Part shown: positions 1-13,952 of the stretch, piece after piece
How positions within the stretch are numbered: the stretch's first letter is position 1
Layout: each line of letters begins with the position of its first letter
Assembly: GCF_004010195.1 (NCBI RefSeq)
Contig: NC_057719.1
Span: forward strand, 68,810,622-68,874,621
Direction of reading: 5' to 3'
Length of the DNA: 64,000 bases
Source: Chiloscyllium plagiosum
Taxonomy: Eukaryota
Made by a program: the position numbers and the translations under genes
The notes under the pieces: model-generated
What the model saw: the letters and a program-made list of their open reading frames with translations, nothing else
Databases searched by the model: none
Told to the model about the DNA's origin: nothing

Positions 1-818
1 TTGGATGATACCAAGTGGATCATGTTTAATCCTGTATTGTACTCAAATAGCAAAATCTTGGCTTTGTGCTACAGTTTTGTATTAATAAAAGTGATGCTGC
101 AGTTTTAGCTCTGAACAGAATTGTTTTAGTGGATGGAAAAGATCAAACGACCAAAAGGACAAGCAGCTTTTTCCTCTCTATACTGAATGGTAATATGAAT
201 AGACTACCATCAGATTGCTAGAGGACAGATATCGGCGACATGTTGCATAATTCTCAGATATCTAGTTCCCCCCACTGTCCTTGTTCTTCTAAAGGATGGT
301 GTCACATGATATATGCCAGAAGATTTAACGGAATCCTTGAGCTAAAACAAAAATCAATTAAAAAGCAAGGTCAGATACATAACATTTCCATCTAAGAGTT
401 AAAAAATGAACAAAGGGTTTGATCTTAATTCCCCATGGGCAAATACCAGATTTGGGAGGCTGAAGGAGACAGTTAAGGTAGAACTATGTTTTCCTGCATA
501 ATCTGTCTGATTGCATGTGCAAGGGGCATGGTCACAATCTGGGTGTAGGTGGGGATATGCTAGAGCGGGGACCCTCATACAATTTGGAAAATTGTGCCCG
601 ATGTCAAAGTGACCCAATCCATTGCATTAACCTGAGGTCAGCGCAAGGGAGCTATAGTGACTTTCTCAATGTGATTAGCTCACTAGGGTTAGGTGCCAGG
701 GTCGATGGAAGCGTTCTCTGCTCAGTTGTCGAGAACAACGAGGGACAGGTGTGTCCTTTGAGTCCCGGCAAGAAAACTTTGTATCTCTCTCCTGCGTCCC
801 AGTTCACCCTTCCTTTAC

Positions 819-1117
819 ATTACAGTGTGGAAACAGGCCCTTCGGCCCAACAAGTCCACACCGACCCGCCGAAGCGCAAACCACCCATACCCCTACATTT
901 ACCCCTTACCTAACACTACGGGCAATTTAGCATGGGCAATTCACCTGACCTGCACATCTTTGGACTGTGGGAGGAAACCAGAGCACCCGGAGGAAACCCA
1001 CGCAGACACGGGGAGAACGTGCAAACTCCACACAGTCAGTCGCCTGAGGCGGGAATTGAACCCGGGTCTCTGGCGCTGTGAGGCAACAGTGCTAACCACT
1101 GTGCCACCGTGCCGCCC
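819..1117 (-). mobile_element. V-SINE (shark HE1-type), near full length
   Basis: The minus strand reads GGGCGGCACGGTGGCACAGTGGTTAGCAC (A box) ... GGTTCAATTCC (B box), then the V-domain GTGTGGAGTTTGCACGTTCTCCCCGTGTCTGCGTGGGTTTCCTCCGGGTGCTC and the CR1-like tail GGGCCGAAGGGCCTGTTTCCACACTGTAA. Confidence 0.92.
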
Positions 1118-1419
1118 TAAGCACCTCTTGTCCCAAGCACCTCTCTTGTGGATTATCAGTGATGGCCTCCTGCCACCCATTTTCATGATTATCCTACTTC
1201 CGCAGGTAATTGGCAAGGAGCACATTATTGAGGCCCAGTCTATTGAAATTGTCTCAGAGTTCCTAGCTAGAGCTCATGGACAATCCAGCTGCTTCCTGTA
1301 TGTTTCTGCCCAGGAATTAAAATCAAACTTATTATGTAAAATCAAGATGAGAAGGCAGAAAATGAAGATTCTCTTACAAAAACATAGTCCTAAAGAACAA
1401 ACACATTGTATGGTATAGT

Positions 1420-1640
1420 GGCTGAAATTGTTAAAATTCTAAACAAAGAATTGGCAGCTCCTCTGGCTTATCTATGTCAGTTGTATTCTCCTATCCAAAG
1501 AAAAAACATTGAATGTTCTGCCCATAAACAAAATGATGGACCCGAGTAATTGCAAACCATTATCCTTGCTGTCAACATCATTGAACATTATGAACACCAA
1601 AGTGTTTAGAATGTTCTTAACATTAACCTGCTGTATAACA
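1420..1640 (+). mobile_element. Highly decayed LINE RT fragment
   Basis: Broken translation ELAAPLAYLCQL...DPSNCKPLSLLST resembles the conserved pre-RT motifs (ELA.PL..LF / NYRPISLLS). Confidence 0.45.
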
Positions 1641-1649
1641 CTAATTTAA

Positions 1650-4209
1650 AAAAAAATCATTTGTGATGCTTAGGTGTTGCTGGCTGGCCTGCATTGATAG
1701 CCCATCTCTATTTGCCCTTGAGAACATGGTGGTGAGCTGCCTTCTTGAATTATTGCAGTCCACTTGCTGTGAGTTGACCCACAATGCTGATAGAGAAGGA
1801 ATAGCAGTATATTTCCAAGTCAGAGTAGTGAGTGGCTTGGAAGGGAACTTGCCAGTGGTGGTGTTCCCAAGTACCTTCTGACCTTATGACAAAGGGAAGG
1901 TCATTGATGAAGCAGCTGAAGATTGTTGGGCCTAGGACACCGCCCTGAGGGACTCCTGCAGAGATGTTCTGGAGCTGAGGTGACTGACCCTCCACAACCA
2001 CAACCACAACCATCTTCCTTTGTGCCAGGTATGACTCTAACCAGTGGAGTTTGACCCCCTGATACCCATTGATTCCAGTTTTGCCAGGGCTGTTGATACC
2101 ATACTTGATCAAATGTGGTCTTGATGTCAGGAGCTGTCACTCTCACCTCACCTCTGGAATTCAGCTGTTTTGTCCATGTTTGAACCAAGGTTGTAATGAG
2201 ATCAGGAGCTGAGTGACCCTGGCAAAACCCAAACTGGGCATCACTGAGAAGGTTGTGGCTGAGCAGGTGCTGCTTGATAGCATTGTTGATGACCCTTTAC
2301 ATCACTTTACTGACGATGGAGAGTAGAATGATTGGGCAGTAATTGGCTGGGTTGGATTTGGCCAGCTTGTTTGTGTACAGGACATACCTGGGCAATTTTC
2401 CACATTGTCAGGTAGATCCCAGTGTTGTAACTGTACTGGAAGAGCTTGGCTATGGGAGCCGCAAGTTCTGGAGCAGACATCTTAAGTACTATTGCCGGAA
2501 TGTTTTCGGGGCCCATTGTCTTTGCAGTATCCAGTGCCTCGAGTTGTTTCTTGATATCATGTGGAGTGAATCGAATTGGCTGGAGACTAGTATCAGTGAT
2601 GCTGGGGACCACTGGAGAGCCAGATGGATCATCCACTCAGCACTAAGCTTGTTGTGAATGCATCAGCCTTACCTTTTGCACTGATTTGCTCCTCCATCAT
2701 TGAGGATGGGGATTTTTGTGGAGCCGCCTCCTCCAATGAGTTGTTTAATTGTCCACCACCATTCACGAACTGCATGTGGAAGCACTGCAGAGCTTAGATC
2801 TGATCGGTTGGTTGTGGGATCGCTTAGCTCTGTCTGTTACTTGCTGTTTATGCTGTTTGGCATGCAAGTAGTCCTGTTTGGTAGCTTCACTAGGTTGACA
2901 CCTCATTTTTAGGTATGCCTACTGCTACTCCTGGCATGCCCTCCTGCACTTTCCATTGAACCAGGATTGATCCCCTGGCTTGATGGTATTGGTTGAGTAG
3001 GGAATATGCCAGGCCATGAGGTTGCAGATTGTGCTGGAATACAGTTCTGCTGTCGATGGCCCACAGCACTTCATGGATGGCCAGTCTTGTGCTGCTAGAT
3101 CGGTTCGAAGTCTGTCCCATTTTGCACGGTGATAGTGCCACACAACACAATGGAGGTTATTCTCAGTATGAAGGTAGGACTTGATCTCCAAAAGGATAGT
3201 GCGGTGGTCACTTTTAACTATACTGTCATGGACAGATGCTTCTGCAGCTGGCAGATTAGTAGTGCTGAGGTCATGTTTTTTTCCTCTTGGTTGCTTTACC
3301 ACCTGCCGCAGACCCAGTCTAGAAGTTATATCCTTTAGGACCTGACCAGCTCGATCAGTAATGCTGCTGCTGAGCGACTCTTGGTGGTGGACATTGAAAT
3401 CCCCGACCCAGAGTACATTTTGCCACTCTCAGTACTTCCTCCAAGTGTGGTTCAACATGAAGGAGTACAGATTCAACAGCTGAAGGAAGACAGTACGTGG
3501 TAACCAGTTAGAGGTTTCCTTGCCCATGTTTAACCTGAAGCCATGAGACTTCATAGGGTCCGGAATTTATGTCAAAAACTCCCAGGGCAACTCCGTCTGG
3601 ACTATATACCACTGTGCCACCACCTCTGCTGGGTGTGTCATGCTGGTGTAGGACAGGACATATCCAGGGATGGTAATGGTGGTGCCTGGGGTGTTATCTG
3701 CAAGCTATGATTCTGTAAGAATTACTATGTCAGGCTGTTGCTTGACAGTTCTCCCAGTTTCAGCAGTAGCCCTCAGATGTTCATAAGGAGGACTTTGCAT
3801 GGTCGATAGGGCTGTTTGTGTTTTGCCATTGTATTTTCAGGTTCCAAGGTCATGGCAGGTGATCCGTCCGGTTTCATTTTTTTCTTGTGACTTTCGAGCA
3901 ACTGATACAACTGAGTGGCTTGCTAGGCCATTTCAGAAGGCTGTTGAGAGTCACCCACATTGCTGTGGCTCTGAAGTCACACGCAGGCCAGACCAGGTAA
4001 GGATAGCAGATTTTCTTCCCTAAAGGACATGAGTGAACCAGATGGGTTTTTTGACAATTGACGATTTCAGCTCTTAATTCCACATTTTTTTAATTGAATT
4101 CAAATGCCACCATCTGCCATGGCGGGATTCAAACCCAGGTCCCCAGAACATTTTTATGGGTTTCTGGATTAATACTCGAGCGATAATACCACTGGACCAT
4201 CACCTCCCC
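1650..4209 (-). mobile_element. Degenerate CR1/L2-group LINE (APE endonuclease + RT) with tRNA-derived 5' head; copy A, internally deleted
   Basis: Minus strand order: tRNA-like head (A box 4189-4199, B box 4125-4135); APE motifs KVLLMNI*G, QPDIVILTES, VGDFNVH, KSDHRT; RT motifs ELAAPIAKLFQYS, GVPQGGVLGPTIFSCFINDLP; a jump near 1875 directly into the 3' region; tail AAGGGCAAATAGAGATGGGC at ~1660-1720. Many stops and frameshifts. Confidence 0.88.
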
Positions 4210-5061
4210 TTGAGGAAATTTAGTTTCAGACTGAAATGACTTTTGATCTCTTAATATGATGGTGCAGCAATTGAAGACCAATCGTCCAACTCAATCAGAG
4301 AAATACCTCTCCACATTTCTAGAGCTTCCATTAGATCATAATATTCCTGCTTCATTTCGAAGCTGGCCTCATGTCCTTTATCTCCTAAGTTACTGATCTG
4401 TGCTTTTAACTTCGTGGGAGAGCACAAACACGGCACCATGTTAAAGAGGTGAATGTTAGTCAGAAGATGTTTACAGAGACTATACTTAGCCCCACTCTGT
4501 GCTTGCCAGTACGGTGCTGGATGGATTGAAAAAAATATCTCCAGTGATAATTCAGCACCCCTCCCCCACCCCACTTAAAGAATGCTTAAATCTCTTTGTA
4601 GAATCTCTGTGGAATGTGAGTCTTGGATACTGGATGGATAAAAGATGTATTGCCTTTATTGCTGAACTGACAAGACCATGCATCTTTTTAGAGAAGGGTT
4701 TACTCTATTATTCAGACTTCTGTACATACACATATGAATACGCAGGTTCTAAATCAATCAATTACAATCATTCAGCATCTTCACTGAGTAATAACATGTT
4801 ATCTGTAGAGGTAAAACCACTGGCAAAGACTGCTGGAAAAGAAGAATGTGAATACTTTGAAGGCTGAACTAGTAGCCCCATTGTCTGTACAATTGCATAT
4901 GCCCAGAGATGAAATCATGTGCACCTGTTTGGAAGATAACAAAGAGAATTCATTTGTTTTTCCTGGACTCACTCCAATCCAAAGCCACGGACTTCACTGA
5001 GCCTGAAGGAGAACAGTCTGCAGAGACTGGAGTAGGATTAATATTTCTAATCGATCACCTT

Positions 5062-5190
5062 TCATCTGAATGGGCCTTAACCTAAACCGCTAAAATTATT
5101 TTTTTCTTTCCAATTGCTGCCTAGTTGCTGAGCGTTCCAGCAGTTTTTAATTTTTTGATTTCCAGCGTTGACAGTATTTTGTTTTTGTTT
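5062..5190 (+). mobile_element. Very decayed Penelope-type terminal fragment
   Basis: tgctgcctagttgctgagcgttccagcag...gatttccagcgttgacagtatttt resembles the 3' part of the better-preserved copies at 52110 and 54758. Confidence 0.45.
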
Positions 5191-5974
5191 GAAGCAGTGT
5201 AACAGATAACAGCATAAGAGTTCACAAACCCTTAAGAGAAAGTGGCATGTTCAGCTCAGCAATGTAAAAACACAGCATATTCACCTCTTAGTATGCATCC
5301 ATCCAGACGTCTGCACAGAGTCCCAAGTGACAAGGGCAGGATTTAACGGGGCTGTCGGAAACAGGTTGGGACGTGCAAAGAGCTGGAGAAGGAATGAAGG
5401 CAGGAGGAAAGACAAGCTGAAGGGGGCTGATTGAGTGACAATTGATTTCTTAATAACTTGGAAACTTCTCAGTGGCAGGGGAGATGGAGGACAGTATTCC
5501 TCCCGAATTAATCTAAATAAGGGCCACATAAGGGTGTCTTCCCACTGCTGCAGGCATTCTGCCAGCAAAATCTGTGAATGCTGGGTGAGGTGGAGTTGTG
5601 ATGAGGTGCTCCCTAATCAGATATACCGTGGCCCAAAGAAGACTGTAACCTTTTGCAGGAACTGTGACTGTGGAAAGCACTGCTCGCCCATGCCATGCCT
5701 GGACTGACTGGCATGGGGAGCTCTGACCCTCTCCACTTTGATCCCAAGGCAGTGTCCATAGTGTAGCCCCAGTTGTGGCCACAGTTACTGTTGGTGCTGC
5801 TGGGATTGAAATGCTGTCAAGGGTGAAATATGTCCCACAAAGGGACAGGAATACCAATACCAGGCTGTTAATTGCCTGATTATGAGAGAAATCAGTCAGT
5901 AGGACTCCTGGAAGCAGCTGAGGGAGGTTGTTGCTAACATTGCTTGACAAAATTCAGCCCAATGTTTCTTGTTT

Positions 5975-6290
5975 GCAGCATTATACAAAGAACAGTACAG
6001 CACAAGAAAAGACCCTTCAGCCCACCAAGACTGTGCCAACACATTAAGCCTTTCTCAACTAAAATCGTTTTGCATCTATGTGGTCCATATTCCTCTATTC
6101 CCTGCCTATTCATTTATCTGTCAAGGTACCTCTTAAATGTTGTTATTGTATCCATTTCCATCACTTCTTCTGGCATTGCATTCCAGGCACATACCACCGT
6201 CTGCGTTAAAAAAAAACGTGCCTCCATTAATCTTAGCCCACTTTTACCTAAGACCCGTCATAATTGACATTTCTACCTTAGCAAAAATTA
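5975..6290 (-). mobile_element. CR1 LINE 3' end fragment
   Basis: acagtacagcacaagaaaagacccttcagccc and cattccaggcacataccacc are the reverse complement of the CR1 tail and VWNALP region seen in other copies here. Confidence 0.75.
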
Positions 6291-9200
6291 TGTCTCAATA
6301 ACAGTGCCTAGAACTTTGTCCTTTGCTCAGATACAGAATTACCAATCATTTATTTATCAGAGTTTCTGGAGAATCCATTAGATTGTAGGAGGTTTGTGAT
6401 CTAGTTATTGAAATCTTGGCATACCAAGTCTTTTTGAGCTCCCAATAATTGCCATTAATCTCAAGAGGTAGTGGCCCTTGAGTACAGTCAACTCTAGCTC
6501 CACCATGGTGTGTCACTTAAATTAGTAAAATCAAAATGTAACATTCACGCAGATGCTGTGAATAAGGGAGCTCAGCATGCAGTTCTGTCTATTAGTTAAT
6601 CTTGACTTTTATCAAAAAAACAACAAGGATTTCCATTTTAAGTTTGAACATTGCTTAGTTTTGCTTTTAACAAAAAAGGTGCTCGTCATCAATAACATAC
6701 CCTATTAAAATGTAAATGTTTACCAATTTTATTTTGCTATCATAAAGCAATCACAACAGAAAGTATCCTCATGAGGCATTCACAAGGCTAAACTTATGAA
6801 ACATTAATGTGCAGAATTTAAGTTTCTTTTTTTTAAGTTTATCTATTGTGCTGGTACATTGTATTCATGTTCATGTATCCACATGACAACTGCATTTCAC
6901 TGATGAATGTGATATGAATTAGTGAAATAGGGAGCAGCTCCCATTTAGAAGTGGATTTAGATATGTTATGCATTTTCTACATATCAAAGTGAGGATGACA
7001 GAAAATTATTGAAGTCATTGTTTGATTTTTTTTATATATTATGTACAGATATACTGATCAATTGTATGATTTGAACAATGGTCCTTTATTCTAATGTATC
7101 TTATAACCACAAAATACTCTCTGACCCTTAAAGAAAATCATATCTTTGCATGAGAGAATTCTCTGCTTTGGCTGAAAGTAAAGGTGCACGCACCACATGT
7201 AAATCTGGTGCTATAGAAGCAGGGCATTGACAGCAGACCTTGAGATATATTTACTATGCAGCAGAATTCTTGTTAATATCATGGATATAATTTTGTCCTT
7301 TTTGGCATATATGCAATTTTTCGTGCCTAATTTTAAAAATGAGGAGATATAAACCATGGATATATGTTCGCCCATATCCTTCAAAACAGATGTTTCAGCT
7401 TCATTATTAAGAATTTTGCATGACATTCAAAATCAACCAGAAATATAGAATCATGAAATTGGAGATTAAAATATTGTGGAGCGTATCTTTAAGTTTTTGT
7501 GTGTGGAAGAAAGAAAGATGAACTGGGTGTGTTAAGGACACAGTTGGTTGGACAAGGAAGAGTGTGGCAAACTGGTAATTATTAGCTGGGGTAACCTTAT
7601 CCGCAGCTGAAGTGAGATGGACTAGCAGTGGCAGCAGTCATTTTGCTGAATCAAAGTCCATGTTAGTTGCATTATACACTGCCACACTGTGTTGTTAAGA
7701 CTGGTATTAGCATGTACTGCTGAGGACATCGGAAGGACTCGATCTGTCACACTAAATCGCCTTCTCGCCCTCAAATGCTGAGGTTTGTGACTCTGCTGAC
7801 ATGTTCCTTCATTAATGGTCCAGCCTTGACAACTGATCCTAATTGCCTCTGAACAGCACTTCATGTATTATTGGTTTCTGCCTGCCCTGGTTCATGTCAA
7901 CAAGCCACAGCAAGTGTAGGGTGTGCCTAGTGTCTTTTTCTGCGATGATACTAAAATAGTCACTTACTTCTTAAGGTGCTGAACTTGCGAGAAACAAAGT
8001 AAGAAACTCAAGATCCCTTCATCCCACAGCAATAAATATTGAATGTGCATCTGTATAATGTTGTAAAAGTGGGCCTGCATAAAGGCTATAAAACATGAAT
8101 AGAGGGAACATTATGAACAGTGTTTTAAAGTGCATAGTTATGAATATCTTTCATGAGCTTTATTCCTTTGAGGATGGAATGTTTTTTTTACTTTCTGAGG
8201 GATATATTTTTCATTCTGTGATGTTCTTTTTTTAAAAATTGTATTCTGGAGAAACCTAATAACTAATATTAAATTCTGCAAAATACAGGAACTAACAATA
8301 ACCTGAATTTTCCACTGGGCATTTAATAGTACTGGCCAATTTTAAGATGGGCATACTTGGCCTCCACTGGGTAAAATATTTTCCACTGTTTGCAAAAAGT
8401 CATGATACCTTAATGTGCGCAATGGAGAATATGATAATCAAGAGTGTTTGGGGAGATACTGCTGACTGTTCAAAATGTCTGCTAAAATCATTTGATAGAA
8501 GGAAATTACTATTAGAAATTATTGCTCATTAGGTTTTTTTTTCTTTAAATGAGTAATTAGCCATAGGGTTTTGCTAGACTGGGTATCCAAAATGGGATGT
8601 GAGTTTAGCCATGTACTTTCAGGACAATCACTGTGGATTTAAAGAGTCAACTGGTATTGATCAGTGTAGTTGGTTGTACACTCTTTTTCTCTTTGTTGGA
8701 AAGGTCAAACTAGAGCAATGACAAGTATATCTTGAGGGAACCTAATAATGCAGCTATTTCTTCCTTCATTTAAAGTAAATTCAAATAGGTCAATGCTCCA
8801 CAGTTGTGTTTCGTGGCATGCTTAAAAATGTTATTGCTGCCTTAAAGATTTAAATGCAAGAACATTGACCAAACTGGTAAGTCACTACGTCCAGATTGGG
8901 TCCATCCTGGAACAGTCAAACTATCTCCATATACTGCTTGATGAGATGCTTTGTGCCTTCAGCAAACTTAAGTGTAAACAATGTTATGGTAAAGCTAAAT
9001 GTTTACCTTTAATAATCTGCTGATTCTCAGATGATTTCTCGAAGCTGTGGAATAAAAGATCAAACTTTTGAATGTTGTACATTGGCTTGCGCTGGTAGAA
9101 ATGACATGATGTAAAGGCAGGTATCATTTACTCAAATTGGGAAAATAATTTTAAGGAAAAAAAATGGACTATCTCCTAACCTTTAATTTTATGCCATAGT

Positions 9201-12200
9201 TCTTCATGTATCTTTAATAAACAGAGCTGTCAAATGTGCTCCAGTTTAAAGCTGAATCACAGCTTTGCTTTGCAGTAAGCTTTGTCTGTGGAATTATGGC
9301 ATTGTCATATCTTTTAATTTGTGCTTACCTTTGTAATAAAAGTTAATTTTCAAAGGTGTACCATCATGTGTCTGGCTTGCTGATTGGAGCTGCCATTTTG
9401 CACCATTACAGAGTTCTGGGCAGACTGAGAGCCCTGAGGCATGAAATGACATGACAGCACGTAAGTTAAGATGCCCTGCACCCTCTGCTGTTCAGTATAT
9501 TCAGTGGAGCATCTCCCAGACAAAGACAGAAGCTCAGGCAACAACCTTAAACAGATTATATATTTAAAATGGTAACTTAATCTGTAACTTTTATGGAATC
9601 TCAAAAAACTTGATTGCATTGGTAATACTTAAAAATACTCAGCATTCTGCTCACTGAAGTTAAGTTGTAGAGGAGTATATGCCAACCACCATACTGTTAC
9701 AGACAATCGGTATAAGTTTTTAAGAGGTTTTACAGTAGGTTTCTGAATATTGAGTATTATTTGTTGCACCAGAATGACTGAAGTAAACATGTTAACTTGC
9801 TCTTGTGAGATTTTGTTATTGACGGCCCTCAGATGATAATAGAGCCAAAGCTGTAACATCTGTAATTCTATCTGTTTTTGCTATGCATAGATGAACTTTC
9901 AGCAATCTGGTGGGGCTATTTTAACAAGACAGGAATTAACGTAAGACTTTGTAACCAGTTTTGCAAGTTTAAGGTACATATATTTAATTAAAATCGACCT
10001 AGCCTTTGAATATAAATGTAATCACAGTTTATTGAAGCTTTTTAATGTTTTCATTTGTTTTAATCTTGTTGCCAGTTTAATCCATATAGGCCATTATCAG
10101 AGTCACACACACAGTCACATACTTATACAGATGGAGTTAGAGCATTGTAGTAGATTCTGTTCAGGCCGAACTAAAAATATCCCCTGTCCAAACAAGCTAA
10201 GGTCCAGATTTTTTTCTGTCAATAATTCAAGATAAAAGTATAGTTTTTGCACTAATGAATATGGTAAACTCACAATCTATTTGTCTATTGCCTTGGAATG
10301 GTTCCTTTTATGTCTGAAATCACATCAAAAGTTTGTTTTTTAAATTGAAGATTTTACAAACCATAACTGCGTATATTGTGAATTGTAGGATTGAAATGTC
10401 AACTGTTCCAAAGCACATCTTTTTGGACCTGGAAGTTAAGTTTTACGACACTGTATTTTTGAATTATTTTGGTTACTTAATGGCAAAGCAATGTGACTTA
10501 GTTTCTGCTGTTTTGTATCGGTATTCTATCTGGTTGTTTTACCAATTGCATAAGTAGAAAGATTCACTGATGGTGCGTAGATTTTATGTGCAGAATTGTT
10601 ACATCTTCAGAAGGAATTATGTTTGCATCTAGCATTAAAATGTTCTGATGATGCTGTGGCTTTAAATCCCGCAGTTTAATAACTTGGAATCCTAATTGAG
10701 TACAGATTTGCATATATATTGGAGAATATTGAATTTGTTTGCCATGTTATCTTAACTGATGTTCCTTTCCATGCAGTAATGCTGCCACCTTCTGAAACAG
10801 GGGAGTATTATCGCTTAAAACGAGGTTGTGAGCTGGAGACTTTCAATATCTTCTGCAGGTTGTCCAATTGCTGAAAGCAAGCAGAATAACCTCACAAAGT
10901 CAACTTCCTGAGATCGAGAATTGCCTGAATCCCATCTTGTAAATGATTGGTTCAGAAGCCAGATTAGGAGAAGTCCTAGCTTCTCAGTGTGGTTGCATTC
11001 CCAATGTGACAGTCTGACAGGCCTGGGAAGTCAGCAGGAAGAGATAGAACTGAGTACATTAATGTTTTCCATCCAAAATATATGGCACCCGCATTAGCAT
11101 GGAATTAAAACACAATTAATTTCTACTATATTAAACATGAGAGGCTAAGTAGATGATGATGTAATTTTGTGCAGAAGTTAAAGGAATGAGATACATGGTG
11201 CTTTGAGGGCAGAGTTGGGCACAGCTGGGATTAAGAGGCAAAAGAGATTGTGGATGTTTTTTCACCATCATTCAATCAGACAACATGCCCTTCAGCAGAA
11301 CAGCGAGCCTCCTGATTCTTTCGAATTAGGGAGATTAGCATGAAGCGCATAATGCGGGATGATGGAATTTGTCATAATTTGCATTGTTCTGGAAAGATGC
11401 GGTTTGATAGAGCGATGCATCTCGGAGCATGTCATGTCCCACGGGCAGGTCACGAAGGAAACTTGGCAGAAATGATTTTCCGATATGTGCATCAGTCGTA
11501 AATGCCTCACAACCAATTTGTCAAAAGCTAAGTTCCAGACAGTTAAAAACAGTGGGCATTTGCCCTAATACAAGGAGAAATGAAGTCAGCATCTATTGCC
11601 AAATAGCATATTCATTACATAGTAATTTTGCTGTATATAAAATTTATGGCCTGTTATTCATGGTCTTTACTAAATTTAGCAAATACTTTTATTGAATATT
11701 TTGCATTCATTCCAATAAAGCTTTTTAACTAAGCAACTAAAAGAATAAAGTCCCTTAATTTGTGCTTACCATTATTCTAATAACAGATTGCCTTTGCTGA
11801 AAGGAGTCTCCTCACTGAAATCATCATTAACTATAACAGCATCAGGAGGTGTCTTCTGAGTGATTGCTTCTGACCTTGATAATGTTCACAAACTGCCAAT
11901 AGAAAGGATAATCAGCATGTAGTTGACAAAACGGACATGACAGTGTTACTTATCTGCTGCGGCATTTCTGGAAATGGGCATGAGGAAAGCAGACAGGCAA
12001 GGGAACACGCTTATTTACAGTAGCGTAGCAAGAAGAAAAGGTCCAATGTCATGAAATGACCACAATCTATTTATGGACAAACTGACTATGATGCCATTCT
12101 TTTGGCATTTTTTATTTTTCCCTCCACTAAACATACTCATGGGTTATGCAATTTGCCATATAAATATTGAGCAAGATTTGGTGATATTTTACAAGACATT

Positions 12201-13952
12201 CAGAAATGTCTGTCTTTTCGCTTACGACATACATTGAAGTAGCAAGGTTTATAAGGCCAGTTAAATAACACTGATCGCATATGACAGTTGTGCATTCGCG
12301 GGTTGGGGATTTCAGAAGTGCTACAAAATATAAGAAATTGCGTGTGCTTGTAGAGTAAGACCACATCTATATTACACCATTATTCAAGAGAGAAAGGTTA
12401 CAAATTTTAATTCTTTTGGAAATAAATTTATGTTATGTTCATAATTTTATAAAATGGTTTATCTTCCACAAATCACTGTGCACTGGAAAGACCTGAATAG
12501 GATCATAGAAGTAATTATACTAAGTGGAGTTCCCCCATTCTTCCATATTACAACAAAAATAGAAAATTGGTCAGTTAATTTATTTATTTTACACATATTC
12601 CAGGTAAGTAACACATAAAAGAATTTACAATTCAATATTTTTCCCACTGTTTTGCCATATGAGCTCATTATCAAACCATGAATACATTTCTGGTTAGACC
12701 AGTAGTATTGTTTACGGAAGTAAGTGGTAGACCAGATTCTGATTGTACAGAAACCAGAAAGTGCCCTATAATGATCACTGCAATGCTCTCGGCATGCATT
12801 GTGCCATATCCTTGTCTCTCAGTCAAGTTCCTCAATTGACAGAGTGTATATCTAAGTATTACACAAATAATATTGTAAAATGCATCAATAAACATTGCTA
12901 CAAGACTCAGGATAAACCAACATTGCAGATATTGCAATTCAAAAATGATATTTTTCACTAAATGTGGATAATTGGATCAATAGTAATTGAACTGAATTTA
13001 AGAAGCAAAGTTACATAAATATGGATGAATCTTCCATTGTATGAATAGACATGATGGAAATATGACAGAAAAATGGTAAGTCTTTTGGTTTTGCAGCCAA
13101 TGGTTCACTAAGTCCAAAGCTGTGAATTGATATTCACGTAGTTGGTTATTTCTTGATGAATCTGCATTTTAAAAATATTTTGTTAAAGAAGGACAAATCA
13201 AATCTGAGCGATGGTTATACAGAGCCTTAGAAAGCAATACTGTAGAAAGAAATCCTCATTGTATCTTGGTGCATTTCTACTGAGTGAAAAAATGGTTTAT
13301 CTGATGTAGATATTACTACATAGGGAAAGCAATGAGATAGAGTTCCTTAAGCACAGTGTAGTCTACTGATTATAGATTTTTTTTTTACTCTCAATGCTTA
13401 AGAGTGAAGAAAGAAAACATTACTTATGATTATGTGAAAAATATATTATCTGATGCATGCAGCACCTGTTAAAACAAGACCAAGATATTTTGGATTGTTG
13501 TCCAACTTGTGTGGACCTTGTTTTGGATGGTTCTGTACAATTTGTTTCAATGGTATGCTAATTATGTGATTAGCAAATTTGTTTTGTATTCAAAACTTGT
13601 TTTTCTTTTCAAAACTTAACTTAGCCATTTCTGTCGTGATAGATTTTGGCAGTTGAGAATGTTACTGTTGGAAAATATTTACTGAAATTCAAATGAAAAT
13701 GTGACACTCAAACTGAGATTTCCAGCAACGCAAAACAGTTAAAAGAGATGAAACCAATGAATTACATAATGTGTAATAGGGAAAGAGGTATAACAATGAA
13801 GAATTTGACTGTGTAAATTGTGTTGTAAACCAAATAAATGTAATCAGGTCTAGGATGTGGAATTTATAATGTAACTGAAGTTATTCAGATGGCAGGAAAA
13901 ATATTTCCTTTCAATAACAAGTGGGCTTGCTTTTCATTAATTTAAAAATTTA

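Noticed and set aside
1050..1117. tRNA-like A/B boxes here and at 4125-4199, 26390-26450, 36830-36902
   Set aside because: These are SINE or LINE heads continuing into repeat bodies, not tRNA genes.
515..1418. ORFs of 132 and 197 aa
   Set aside because: They run through the antisense strand of the V-SINE (CGRKPEHPEETHADTGRTCKLH is a typical SINE translation) and show no splice or domain evidence.
5330..5720. GC-richer patches resembling decayed non-autonomous DNA transposons (also ~10780-11100, 16500-16850, 29850-30600, 51330-51500)
   Set aside because: No matching terminal inverted repeats or TSDs could be defined.
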